DNA of 34,772 nt, taken from assembly GCA_047972845.1 (NCBI GenBank), contig JBKEBB010000092.1, positions 1 through 34,772 of the forward strand. Direction: 5' to 3'. Position 1 is the first letter of the stretch; each line of letters opens with the position of its first letter. The stretch is from Bacteroidales bacterium. Lineage in GTDB: Bacteria; Bacteroidota; Bacteroidia; Bacteroidales; JBKEBB01. The notes beneath the pieces were generated by a model, which was not told where the DNA came from, did no database searches, and saw nothing but the letters and a program-made list of their open reading frames with translations. The position numbers were made by a program, and so were the translations under genes. This document shows positions 9,262-19,195 of this stretch, one piece after another.

Positions 9262-11199
9262 ATGAGCTACCTGAAATTCGATAAAAACCTACTTATCAAT
9301 CTTGATCAGTCTCTCAAACTGGAGGTACTGCGAACCAATAAGTCGGGAGCATACCATTGCACCTCGGTGGTCGATTGCAATACGCGAAAATACCATGGAC
9401 TGTTGGTAATGCCCGTTCCTGAGCTCGACGATGACAACCACGTACTGCTTTCCACCTTGCATGAAACAGTTATCCAGCATGGTGCCGAGTTCAACTTAGG
9501 TATCAATAAATACGATGGAGACAACTTCAGTCCCAGAGGACATAAGTATATCCGTGAGTTCGATTTCGAGTCGGTTCCAAAAACAGTGTATCGTGTGGGG
9601 GGAGTTGTTCTCTCCAAAGAGAAGTTGTTCGTATCCCATGAAAACCGAGTATTGATCAAATACACATTGGTCGATGCCCATTCGCCGACGATCCTACGTT
9701 TCAAACCCTTTCTTGCCTTTCGGAATGTCAACATGCTCACGTATGAAAACAATCATTACCTGAGCGACTTTACCAATATTGAAAATGGAATAGCCACTAA
9801 ATTATACCCGAGCTATCCTTTATTGAACATGCAATTCAATAAACCGATCTCCTTCAACTTCAATCCGGCGTGGCATAAAGGCATTGAATACCTAAAGGAG
9901 ATGGAACGCGGATATGACTATAAAGAGGATCTCTATACGCCCGGCTATTTCGAACTTCCAATTAAGAAGGGTGAAAGCATCTATTTCTCCGCCGGAGATA
10001 CCCCCATTACTCCTCGAAGTATTAAACGACTCTATGACAAAGAGTGGAAAAGTCGGACATTCCGCAATAGTTTTACCAATTGTCTGATAAACTCCGCGCA
10101 GCAATTCCATCACAAAGTTGGCAACGATCTCTATCTGTTGGCCGGCTATCCGTGGTTTAAGGTCAGAGCCCGCGATATGTTTATCGCCTTACCCGGATGC
10201 ACGCTGAGCATGGGGTGTCAAGATTCGTTTGAACAAATCATGACTGCCGGAATAAGAGCCATGCGCGGCTTTATGCAACGTGGCGAACACGACACCATCA
10301 TCAAAGAGATTGAACAACCCGACACTCTGCTCTGGGCCATGTGGGCAATTCAACAATTCGCCAAAGATATCTCTGAAGAGGAGTGTATTGCCAAATATGG
10401 TGATTTCATCGATGAAACAGTTGATTATATCTCAAAATCATCACATCCCAACCTGAAACACGAAAGCAATGGATTGCTCTATTCCGATGGTACCCACGGT
10501 CCTATCAGCTGGATGAATTCTACTCTTAATGGGTTGTCAATTGTTCCTCGAACGGGATATTTGGTTGAATTCAATGCATTATGGTACAACATTCTTATGT
10601 TTAGCGGAACCCTTTCCGAAAAAAGAGGCAACAAAGAGCGTGCCGAAAAACTCTTCGCAAAGGCGCAACGTACCGGCGAATCATTCCGAGCCACCTTTAT
10701 GAACGAACACGGCTATCTGTTCGACTATGTCCACAGATACCCCCGCGACTACAGTGTTCGCCCCAACATGGTGTTCGCCGTATCTCTGCCATACTCTCCT
10801 CTCGAACGCCCCGAACGCAAACGCATTCTCGACTATATCACCAAGGAGTTGGTTACCCCCAAAGGACTCCGCACCCTTAGCCCCAAAAGCGAAGGATACA
10901 ATCCCTATTGCGAAGGTAATTTTTTACAACGCGACCAAGCCTATCACCAAGGAACGGCCTGGCCATGGCTTTTCGGCCCCTATCTCGAAGCCTACCTTAA
11001 AATATTCGGACAGTCGGGAGTGATGTTTGTAGAGCGGATGTTAATCGGGTTTGATGAAGAGATGGCCAACCACTGCATAGGAACGATTGCCGAACTGTTC
11101 GATGGCAATCCTCCCTATCAGGCTCGCGGAGCAATCTCCTATGCGATGAATGTAGCCAGCATTCTCCGGATAAAGAAACTACTGGCTACCTACTTATAG
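9262..11199 (+). CDS. Glycogen debranching enzyme (amylo-alpha-1,6-glucosidase family, N-terminal plus catalytic domains)
   Basis: CNTRKYHGLL, AGYPWF, VEFNALWYN, RPN, GLRTLSP, AYHQGTAWPW, AELFDG; start at ATG 9262 (MSYLKFDK) rather than TTG 9229. Confidence 0.9.
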   Translation: MSYLKFDKNLLINLDQSLKLEVLRTNKSGAYHCTSVVDCNTRKYHGLLVMPVPELDDDNHVLLSTLHETVIQHGAEFNLGINKYDGDNFSPRGHKYIREFDFESVPKTVYRVGGVVLSKEKLFVSHENRVLIKYTLVDAHSPTILRFKPFLAFRNVNMLTYENNHYLSDFTNIENGIATKLYPSYPLLNMQFNKPISFNFNPAWHKGIEYLKEMERGYDYKEDLYTPGYFELPIKKGESIYFSAGDTPITPRSIKRLYDKEWKSRTFRNSFTNCLINSAQQFHHKVGNDLYLLAGYPWFKVRARDMFIALPGCTLSMGCQDSFEQIMTAGIRAMRGFMQRGEHDTIIKEIEQPDTLLWAMWAIQQFAKDISEEECIAKYGDFIDETVDYISKSSHPNLKHESNGLLYSDGTHGPISWMNSTLNGLSIVPRTGYLVEFNALWYNILMFSGTLSEKRGNKERAEKLFAKAQRTGESFRATFMNEHGYLFDYVHRYPRDYSVRPNMVFAVSLPYSPLERPERKRILDYITKELVTPKGLRTLSPKSEGYNPYCEGNFLQRDQAYHQGTAWPWLFGPYLEAYLKIFGQSGVMFVERMLIGFDEEMANHCIGTIAELFDGNPPYQARGAISYAMNVASILRIKKLLATYL

Positions 11200-11390
11200 A
11201 TTTAAAAAGTGCGAATAGGCGAACTCACTCGACCCCACTTTAGGGTGGACAAGATAAGAAACAAATAATATTTCAAATACCCCACAATATGAAACCAACA
11301 TCTAAGTCAATTAGCTACCGACATTCCAAGTCGATGACGAATTGATTTTTTTGAAAGTTCCATACTTCTCAATAAAGAATAAACTACTGT

Positions 11391-12656
11391 ATGAAAGTAC
11401 TCATGTTTGGATGGGAGTTTCCTCCCCACATATTAGGTGGATTAGGCACCGCAAGCTATGGGTTGACTAGAGGAATGCACCAGTGCGGCGACATGGATAT
11501 CACGTTTGTGATACCCAAGCCTTGGGGCGACGAAGATAAAAGTTTTCTGCACATCATCGGGGCAAACAGCACTCCGATTGTGTGGAAAGACGTACCGTTC
11601 GATCTGGTGACCCAACGCATCGGAAAGGTAATGCACCCCGACGAATATTTTCACTTGCGTAACCATATTTATGCTGATTTCAACTACAAACATACCAACG
11701 AGCTTGGATGCATTGAGTTTTCGGGACGCTATCCCGATAATCTTCTCGAAGAGATAAACAACTATTCGATCATAGCTGGTGTCATCGCGCGTGCAAGAGA
11801 GTTCGACGTGATCCATTCCCACGATTGGCTTACCTATCCCGCCGGCATTCATGCTAAACATGTATCGGGCAAACCGTTGATCATCCATGTTCACGCCACC
11901 GATTTCGATCGAAGTAGAGGCAAGGTCAATCCGACGGTCTTCAACATCGAACGCGACGGCATGCTCAACGCCGATCATATCATCTGTGTAAGCAACCTTA
12001 CTCGCAACACCGTAATCACTAAATACAACATTGATCCCGCCAAGGTTACCACCGTACACAACGCCGTGGAACCCATCAGTAAGGAAATCGAAGCCATCGT
12101 TCCCATGAAGGGAAACGAAAAAGTAGTCACCTTCCTCGGACGCATTACCATGCAGAAAGGTCCTGAATATTTTGTAGAGGCGGCAGCCATGGTGCTTACG
12201 CGTACGAAGAATGTTCGATTCGTAATGGCAGGCAGCGGTGACATGATGCAGGCGATGATCCGACTTGCCGCCCGAAGGGGTATAGCCGACCATTTTCATT
12301 TCACCGGATTCCTCAAAGGCAAAGAGGTGTACGAAATGCTCAAGGCAAGCGATGTATATGTGATGCCATCCGTTTCGGAGCCGTTTGGAATCTCTCCCCT
12401 TGAAGCCATGCAGGTGGGTGTTCCCTCTATCATCTCGAAACAGTCCGGTTGTGCCGAAATCCTGTTTAACGTGATTAAAACAGACTACTGGGATGTTCAT
12501 GCCATGGCAGACGCAATCTACTCCATCATTCAATATCCCGCCATGTACGATCATCTCAGGGTGGAAGGGAAAAACGAAGTGGATCAAATTGTCTGGGAGA
12601 AAGCCGGACAAAAGGTAATCGACCTCTACAACAAAACCATCGCCAAACGTTACTAA
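11391..12656 (+). CDS. Glycosyltransferase family 4, putative glycogen/alpha-glucan synthase
   Basis: MKVLMFGWEFPP..GGLG, HSHDWLT, GRITMQKG, SEPFGISPLEAM; lies between debranching enzyme and GH57. Confidence 0.9.
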   Translation: MKVLMFGWEFPPHILGGLGTASYGLTRGMHQCGDMDITFVIPKPWGDEDKSFLHIIGANSTPIVWKDVPFDLVTQRIGKVMHPDEYFHLRNHIYADFNYKHTNELGCIEFSGRYPDNLLEEINNYSIIAGVIARAREFDVIHSHDWLTYPAGIHAKHVSGKPLIIHVHATDFDRSRGKVNPTVFNIERDGMLNADHIICVSNLTRNTVITKYNIDPAKVTTVHNAVEPISKEIEAIVPMKGNEKVVTFLGRITMQKGPEYFVEAAAMVLTRTKNVRFVMAGSGDMMQAMIRLAARRGIADHFHFTGFLKGKEVYEMLKASDVYVMPSVSEPFGISPLEAMQVGVPSIISKQSGCAEILFNVIKTDYWDVHAMADAIYSIIQYPAMYDHLRVEGKNEVDQIVWEKAGQKVIDLYNKTIAKRY

Positions 12657-12781
12657 CAAAGATACAAGCAGTAATATTAACCGCATAAAACATACATGCA
12701 AATAAAATAGATCCGAAGTGATCCTCCGATTTGCATATCAAAGTCTCGCAACACCTGACAACAAACAATAATAATTGAGTT

Positions 12782-14122
12782 ATGAAAACGATATGTTTCT
12801 ATTTTCAAATTCACCAACCATTCCGGTTGAAGAGATATCGCTTCTTCGACATAGGTCGTGATCACTACTATTATGACGACTACAACAACGAAGAGATCAT
12901 CAGCAACATTGCACGAAAGGCCTATATTCCGGCCAATCAACTGATGTTGGAGATGATCAAGAGTTCCGACTATAAATTCAAGGTGGCATACTCCATTTCA
13001 GGCATGGCCCTGGAACAGATCGAGATATATTGTCCCGAATTTATCGACGGAATGAAGGAATTGCTCAAAACCGGATGTGTGGAACTTCTTTCAGAAACAT
13101 ACGCCCACTCGCTCTCCTCACTCTCCGATCCTGTCGAATTCACCCGTCAGGTAAAACAGCACAGCGACAAAATCCATACGGTATTTGGAGTCAAACCCAA
13201 AATTTTCCGCAACACCGAGTTGATATACTCCGATGAAATAGGTTCATTGGTAGCATCGCTCGGCTACAAAGGAATGATTACCGAAGGAGCCAAGCATGTG
13301 CTCGGATGGAAAAGTCCCAACTATGTGTATAGCTGCTCCACGGCTCCGAAACTGAAGCTTCTTCTCAAAAATTTCAAACTAAGCGATGATATCTCCTTCC
13401 GATTCGGCAACTACACATGGAACAAATACCCGCTGACTGCCGATAAACTGATGGGATGGATTGAGGCCATGCCCGAAAGCGAACAGGTGGTTAATCTATT
13501 TATGGGATATGATGTGCTCGGCAACCTGCAACCCAAAGAGACTGGCATCTTTGAATTCTTCAAGGCGCTACCCGCCTATGCCGAATCCAAAGGCATCACC
13601 TTCTCTACTCCGGGCGAAGCGATTAAAAACATCAGCGCCGTTGATCAGATCCATGTGCCCTACCCCATCTCGTGGGCCGATGAAGAGCGCGACACCAGCG
13701 CATGGCTCGGAAACGTATTGCAAAACGAAGCCTTCAAATCGCTCTACTCGGTTAGCGAACGGGTACGCTTGTGTGGCAACCGCCGACTGATGCAGGATTG
13801 GAACTACCTGCAAACGAGTGATCACTTCTACTATATGAGTACAAAACGGTTTTCAGACGGTGCGGTCCATAGCTTCTTCAGCCCCTACGAAACCCCCTTC
13901 GAAGCATTTACCAACTACATGAATATCCTCAGCGACTTCATCATGCGGGTAAACGAACAATACCCTACCAGCATCGAAAACGAAGAGTTGAACGCGCTGT
14001 TGACCACTATCCATAATCAGGCGGAAGAGATTGAGGTCCTCAAAGCCCAACTTAAAAGGGTCAAAGCAACAAAAAAACCGACAACCGCCACTGCTGAAAA
14101 CAAAAAGAGTAAGAACCAATAG
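12782..14122 (+). CDS. Glycoside hydrolase family 57 (alpha-amylase-like)
   Basis: FQIHQP (GH57 CSR-1), SETYAHSL, FRNTELIY (catalytic nucleophile region), LQTSDHFYYM. Confidence 0.9.
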   Translation: MKTICFYFQIHQPFRLKRYRFFDIGRDHYYYDDYNNEEIISNIARKAYIPANQLMLEMIKSSDYKFKVAYSISGMALEQIEIYCPEFIDGMKELLKTGCVELLSETYAHSLSSLSDPVEFTRQVKQHSDKIHTVFGVKPKIFRNTELIYSDEIGSLVASLGYKGMITEGAKHVLGWKSPNYVYSCSTAPKLKLLLKNFKLSDDISFRFGNYTWNKYPLTADKLMGWIEAMPESEQVVNLFMGYDVLGNLQPKETGIFEFFKALPAYAESKGITFSTPGEAIKNISAVDQIHVPYPISWADEERDTSAWLGNVLQNEAFKSLYSVSERVRLCGNRRLMQDWNYLQTSDHFYYMSTKRFSDGAVHSFFSPYETPFEAFTNYMNILSDFIMRVNEQYPTSIENEELNALLTTIHNQAEEIEVLKAQLKRVKATKKPTTATAENKKSKNQ

Positions 14123-14160
14123 CCACACATCTTCTTATTCTCTCACATTATAATCCTGAT

Positions 14161-14211
14161 TATACCCGTGCGATCTGATTTCTTACATCAAGGCTCAATC
14201 GCACGGGTATA
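14161..14211 (+). terminator. Stem-loop after the GH57 gene, probable terminator
   Basis: Perfect 14-bp inverted repeat TATACCCGTGCGAT / ATCGCACGGGTATA, about 40 bp after the stop; weak U-tract and long loop. Confidence 0.55.
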
Positions 14212-14443
14212 TTCTATTTGTTTCACATGTCCTCACTTCTCCTTCCAATAATCTAAAAAGAGAATCTCCTCCATATAGGTCTTTAATAGGATCTCCTCAC
14301 AACCAATCAACGAAACATCCCCCATACTCATTCACTCGACAGATTCTGCCAACACTGTAAAAACAGAGTTTTAAGTCAAGTCAAAAGGTGTATTATTTCG
14401 GAAAAAGAGAAAGTCAAAAACGCGTCACAAAGGGAATAAGTTT

Positions 14444-14451
14444 TACCTTTG
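14444..14451 (+). promoter_or_regulatory. -7 promoter element TACCTTTG for the patatin gene
   Basis: Exact TAnnTTTG match 25 bp before ATG 14477. Confidence 0.6.
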
Positions 14452-14476
14452 TCCTACTAATAAATGGAAAGTAATT

Positions 14477-15340
14477 ATGGATCAGTTTCGGATCGATCAA
14501 ACCGCTCTTGTCCTTGAAGGGGGCGGTATGCGTGGGGCATTTACAGCCGGTGTTCTCGATCTTTTTATGGATAAGGGTCTCCTTTTCCCCTACTCGATAG
14601 GAGTATCCGGAGGCACAAACAACGGCCTCTCCTATTTTTCGCGACAGCGAGGACGTTCATACTACGCTCACGTCACCTTGATGAAGGAACAACCCTATAT
14701 CGGAATCCGTCCATGGCTGAAGAAAAAGATGGTCATCGACCTGGATCTGCTCTATGAAGAGTTGGTTCACACCCTCTATCCCTACGACTTTGCCGCGGCA
14801 TTTTCCAACCCCGGTCGCTTTGAGGTGGTTGCCACACATTGCATCACCGGAGAGGCTCATTAAGTGGAAGAGCGTGCCGACCCGAAACGGTTGCTCACAA
14901 TCGGCCGCGCCTCTTGCAGCCTACCCATCCTCTCGCCCGAAGTATGGGTGGATGGACAACCTATGACCGATGGAGGACTTGCCGACTCCATTCCCCTAAA
15001 AAGGGCATTCGGGCAAGGATTCTCAAAGGCCGTAGTTGTATTGACTCAAAACGAAGGATTTCGTAAACCACCTTCTAAATTCAAAGTCCCCTCATTCATC
15101 CTCCCCCGCTATCCGAAAGTTCGAGAAATGCTCTACAATCGCCCCGCTCGCTACAATGAGCAATTGGAGTGGGTGGAACAGATGGAGCGCGAAGGAGCGG
15201 TGGATATCATTCGCCCCCTCAAACCTCTTGAGGTGGGTCGATTGACCACCGACTATCGACGACTACAACGGCTCTACGATGAGGGGTACGAAAACGCCCT
15301 GACATGGTATAACAGATACCATCCGGTAAAAGGGGAGTAA
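14477..15340 (+). pseudogene. Patatin-like phospholipase (DUF6363-type C-terminus) interrupted by one in-frame TAA at 14861-14863
   Basis: ORFs 14477..14863 and 14864..15340 are in the same frame; GGGMRG and GVSGG nucleophile elbow precede the stop, the DGG motif follows it; may be a true nonsense allele or a sequencing error. Confidence 0.8.
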
Positions 15341-15505
15341 GGTACGTGAAGCAAGCCGCAGGTCTTTCCGATGATTACCCACACAATGATTCTTCCATGG
15401 GAAAATTCGATCATCAGTGCGCAACCTGACACAAAAGAGAAACACACCTGTAACTTGAATCGATCCAAGCGGTTCGGTTGTCCCGATCGAGCCTTCGGAT
15501 TGCAG

Positions 15506-15593
15506 TCCCGCTGTACACCATAGCCAATTCCGCTGTACACGGCACGTAAGCAGGGTGTACACCGCGATGCACTACCCTGTACACCGAAGTAAG
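15506..15593. repeat. Array of four TGTACAC cores with exact 22-bp period (array 2)
   Basis: TGTACAC starts at 15512, 15534, 15556 and 15578; shares GGTGTACACCGCGAT and CCCTGTACACCG with array 1. Confidence 0.85.
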
Positions 15594-15657
15594 AATACGA
15601 ATAGTAGGATACTATAATATGAATGCTCATTCGAGTTAAACATTCTAAATTGATCGA

Positions 15658-15900
15658 TCATTCGGTTTCGTTCTCTCCGCGGACAGACTTCTGCATGTAT
15701 TCCCACTGATTCGCGCGCACGCGATACATTATTTCAAACAGCATCTCCTGTACCGCGATGATGTAATCATACACCGAGCCCGAACGAAGATATTTCACTT
15801 GAATACAGTGCGGAGCGAAGACACCATATTGTATATGAAAGCCACAGAGAGTATCGCTAAACCAACATCTCCATAGTATGATGGAATGGTTGTCTTTCAT
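15658..15900 (-). CDS. Small hypothetical protein (80 aa), uncertain
   Basis: ATG-start ORF filling an otherwise empty gap, divergent from GH92; no recognisable motif. Confidence 0.25.
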   Translation of the reverse strand: MKDNHSIILWRCWFSDTLCGFHIQYGVFAPHCIQVKYLRSGSVYDYIIAVQEMLFEIMYRVRANQWEYMQKSVRGENETE

Positions 15901-16095
15901 ATTCAGTCATTATAAAATCATCCAAATAAGACATCAAAGTTGACAAAAAAACGGAAGATACAGAGCCATTCAATCAACTTCAGATGAAAAGGATTGTAGT
16001 CCGATTCATTTTATTTATTGGTTAAATGTTTGTTTCTTTGCTGACTGGAAAATTCTTAATTTTCAAAACAACACTATTTTTAATCACTTATACAC

Positions 16096-18354
16096 ATGAA
16101 GAAATTCTTTTTTCTCGTTGCAGCGGCAGCATCACTGATGACCATGCCATCATGCGCCCCCGACACCGCGGTGGCCGAAGTGACCGGATTGGCGGCTTTC
16201 GTTGATCCATACATCGGATCAGGGGGTCACGGACACGTGTTTGTAGGGGCTTCCGTTCCTTTTGGAGCCATTCAAGCCGGTCCGCAAAACATCCACAAAG
16301 GATGGGACTGGTGCTCCGGATACCACTATTCGGACAGTATTATCATCGGATTCAGTCACACTCACCTCAGTGGAACAGGTTGTGCCGATCTTGGCGACAT
16401 CCTTATCATGCCCTACTCTGGGGAGATGCGCACAAAACGTGGTACTCAGGAAAACATCGAAGGAGCTGCCTCTTCGTACTACAAACATGAAAACGAACAG
16501 GTATCTCCGGGATACTATTCGTTGCTGATGGACAATGGAGTGAAAGCCGAAATGACCACCACCGAACGTGTGGCCTTGCACCGCATCACCTACTCTGCAG
16601 AAAGCGAAAACCGCCTGTTGATTAATCTCTTGGAAGGCAACGGAGACCGTCCGGTTGAGACCTTCATTCGCAAAGTGGACGAATACACATTCGAGGGATA
16701 CCGCGTCTCTCGCGGATGGAGTCCTCTGCACAAAGTATTCTTTACGCTGGTGACCGACACCCCCGTTGAATCGTTTAATGTGTTTGACAACGACGAGCCC
16801 GCCGAAGGCGCTGAATTAAAAGCAAAAGGGGTAAAAGCAGTTCTCACCTTCAAAAAGGGAGCCAAACAGGTAAAAACGAAAGTGGCCATCTCATCGGTAA
16901 GTACCGAGAACGCCATGGCAAACCTCAAAGCCGAAATGCCCGCGTGGGATTTCAAGAATGTGCAAGCTACAGCCATCAACAAATGGAACGAGCAACTGGC
17001 AAGTGTTACGATCGACACCAAAGATGAGCGTGCCAAACGCATTTTCTACACCGCGATGTTCCACTCATTCATCGCGCCCACTTTGTATTGCGATGTAAAC
17101 GGACAATTCCGCGGAGCCAACGACTCAATCATCACAGCCGACTGGGACAACTATTCTACATTCTCTTTGTGGGATACCTATCGCACACTCAACCCTCTCT
17201 TCACCATCCTCAAAACAGACAAAGTAGCCGACTTCGTAAATTCTAAGTTGTCGATATTCGATCAGCAGGGAAAACTTCCGATCTGGCACCTGCTCGGGGG
17301 AGAAACCAACTGCATGCCCGGTTACAGCGCGATACCCATCATTGCCGATGCATACTTGAAAGGAATCGGTGGTTTTGATCCCGAACGCGCGTTCAACTAC
17401 ATGAAAGCGTCCGCTACCTACGAAAAACAGGTCGGAGTGCCCTACGTGATGGAACGTGGATTTATTCCTGCCGACAAAGTATGGGAGGCTACATCCATTG
17501 CTATGGAATATGCCGTAGGCGACTGGGGTATTGCTCAGATGGCTAAGAAAATGGGAAAGAACGAAGAGTACGACGAATTCCTCAAACGAGGCAAATACTA
17601 CGCGCGTTATTTCGATAAAAGCATCAACTTCATTCGTCCGGTAATGGAAAACGGTAAATTCCTCACTCCGTATGATCCTTTCCAATCGATCCACGGAAAA
17701 GGATATTTCTGCGAAGGAAACGGTTGGCAATATACCTTCTTCGCCCCACAAGATCCGGAGGGATTGATCAGCCTGTTTGGCGGGGACGCTCAATTCACCA
17801 CCAAACTCGATTCGTTCTTTGTTGCTGAAGGCGACATGGGAGCCGAAGCATCAGCCGACATCAGCGGACTGATCGGTATGTACGCGCACGGCAACGAACC
17901 CAGCCACCACATCGCATACCTCTATCCATACGCCGGAGAGCAATGGAAAACAGCGGAGAAGGTTCGTTTTGTGCAGAAAGAGTTCTACACAGACCAACAT
18001 GACGGTATAATCGGAAACGAAGACTGCGGTCAGATGTCGGCATGGCACATCATGTCCGCGCTCGGATTCTATCAAGTGAATCCGTCAAACGGAATCTTTG
18101 TATTTGGTAGCCCTCTCTTCGAGAAAGCGACGATTAATCTCCCCGGAGGAAAGACATTTGTGGTAGAAGCACCCGGTAACTCCGATGAAAACATCTATAT
18201 CCAATCGGCGACACTGAACGGACAACCCTACACCAAATCGTTCATCACCTACAGCGATATCATGAACGGCGGTACTCTCTCCTTTGTAATGGGCAACGCC
18301 CCCAACAAAGAGTTTGGAACGGCCCCCGAGAATCGCCCAAAGACTGAGATATAA
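16096..18354 (+). CDS. Glycoside hydrolase family 92 (alpha-mannosidase), lipoprotein
   Basis: Lipobox-like MPSC; VDPYIGSGGHGHVFVGA, GFSHTHLSGTG, FSLWDTYR, EGNGWQY, HGNEPSHH, GNEDCGQMSAW are GH92 motifs. Confidence 0.95.
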   Translation: MKKFFFLVAAAASLMTMPSCAPDTAVAEVTGLAAFVDPYIGSGGHGHVFVGASVPFGAIQAGPQNIHKGWDWCSGYHYSDSIIIGFSHTHLSGTGCADLGDILIMPYSGEMRTKRGTQENIEGAASSYYKHENEQVSPGYYSLLMDNGVKAEMTTTERVALHRITYSAESENRLLINLLEGNGDRPVETFIRKVDEYTFEGYRVSRGWSPLHKVFFTLVTDTPVESFNVFDNDEPAEGAELKAKGVKAVLTFKKGAKQVKTKVAISSVSTENAMANLKAEMPAWDFKNVQATAINKWNEQLASVTIDTKDERAKRIFYTAMFHSFIAPTLYCDVNGQFRGANDSIITADWDNYSTFSLWDTYRTLNPLFTILKTDKVADFVNSKLSIFDQQGKLPIWHLLGGETNCMPGYSAIPIIADAYLKGIGGFDPERAFNYMKASATYEKQVGVPYVMERGFIPADKVWEATSIAMEYAVGDWGIAQMAKKMGKNEEYDEFLKRGKYYARYFDKSINFIRPVMENGKFLTPYDPFQSIHGKGYFCEGNGWQYTFFAPQDPEGLISLFGGDAQFTTKLDSFFVAEGDMGAEASADISGLIGMYAHGNEPSHHIAYLYPYAGEQWKTAEKVRFVQKEFYTDQHDGIIGNEDCGQMSAWHIMSALGFYQVNPSNGIFVFGSPLFEKATINLPGGKTFVVEAPGNSDENIYIQSATLNGQPYTKSFITYSDIMNGGTLSFVMGNAPNKEFGTAPENRPKTEI

Positions 18355-18389
18355 TAGAAGAGCATAAGCTCATTCTCTGAACAATTATA

Positions 18390-18429
18390 AAGGGACTGTC
18401 CTCCTCGCATGGGACAGTCCCTTCTCTTT
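18390..18429 (+). terminator. Intrinsic terminator after GH92
   Basis: AAGGGACTGTCC...GGACAGTCCCTT 12-bp stem followed by a pyrimidine-rich tract. Confidence 0.75.
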
Positions 18430-18556
18430 ATATACAAATCACTCAGGTCCTAATTTAACGAGATTATCAGCGTTTGATTCATCCCTTATATCTAACACAC
18501 GACAGAACCCACTCTTTGTCCGCTAAGATAACGAGCTCCTATCATTGCAGTTAAGA

Positions 18557-19135
18557 AGACCGGATGCTCTTCTTTATTCACAATTATTCTACCAATAATC
18601 GAACATCGCGTGACAAGAAACTCACCTAGTATCAGAGACACATACAAAATAAACTCTTTATCCTCATAATGAATCGATTGATTATCCCTCTCTAAATTCT
18701 CTAAAAGAGAGTTTAAGGAATCGACACCCTCTGATTTTTGCCCTTTTACTTGCTTTCAATGACGTTTAAGACTATATTCACAGAAACTTTGTGTTCATAC
18801 AATGTTAAAGTTTCGTTGTTAAAAGGAGATGCTATTCACAATTTCGATTTTAGATGCTTTTTATGTCAATACGATTGGATTTAGGAACATTCCACTTCAA
18901 AAAGCGCCCTATTTAACGCATTTTGATAACTCGTGTACTATTTTTTTGATTTTATAAGAACATTATTCGAACCTTACAACCCCACTTGAAACACTTTTCA
19001 TTGTATTAAATTTCTCGACTAAGTTTCAAAACACTACCAACGCCCTCCGATATACATGTCATAGAACATGTTTTGGGTATTAGGTTGTTAGATAAAACCG
19101 TTTTAGATTTGCATGTTCAAAAGAGCATCCGGTCT
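18557..19135. promoter_or_regulatory. Candidate invertible promoter segment bounded by a perfect 15-bp inverted repeat
   Basis: AGACCGGATGCTCTT at 18557-18571 and its reverse complement AAGAGCATCCGGTCT at 19121-19135; TAGATTTG -7 element at 19104-19111 just inside the right repeat, pointing at susC. Confidence 0.6.
19104..19111 (+). promoter_or_regulatory. -7 promoter element TAGATTTG, probable susC/susD promoter
   Basis: Exact TAnnTTTG followed by CA; implies a leader of about 320 nt before ATG 19439. Confidence 0.55.
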
Positions 19136-19173
19136 GTTCATATCAGATAAACAGGGAAAGAAAGGGGTGCCAT

Positions 19174-19195
19174 AAAAAACCGGAATGGAATTCGG
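19174..19195 (-). terminator. Antisense terminator-like hairpin inside the susC leader
   Basis: Minus strand CCGAAT-TCC-ATTCCGG-TTTTTT, imperfect stem with U6. Confidence 0.4.

Noticed and set aside
11289-11352. Tiny ORF MKPTSKSISYRHSKSMTN with a weak hairpin and T7 before the GT4 gene, as an attenuator
   Set aside because: The stem is weak and interrupted and there is no regulatory codon run; chance cannot be excluded
11442-12701. 419-aa minus-strand ORF, and other long antisense ORFs such as 1344..2192 and 17125..17793
   Set aside because: They are shadows of well-supported genes on the opposite strand and carry no recognisable motifs
14861-14863. Alternative genetic code (TAA reassignment)
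   Set aside because: Most intact genes in the window end in TAA, and only one interrupted gene is seen
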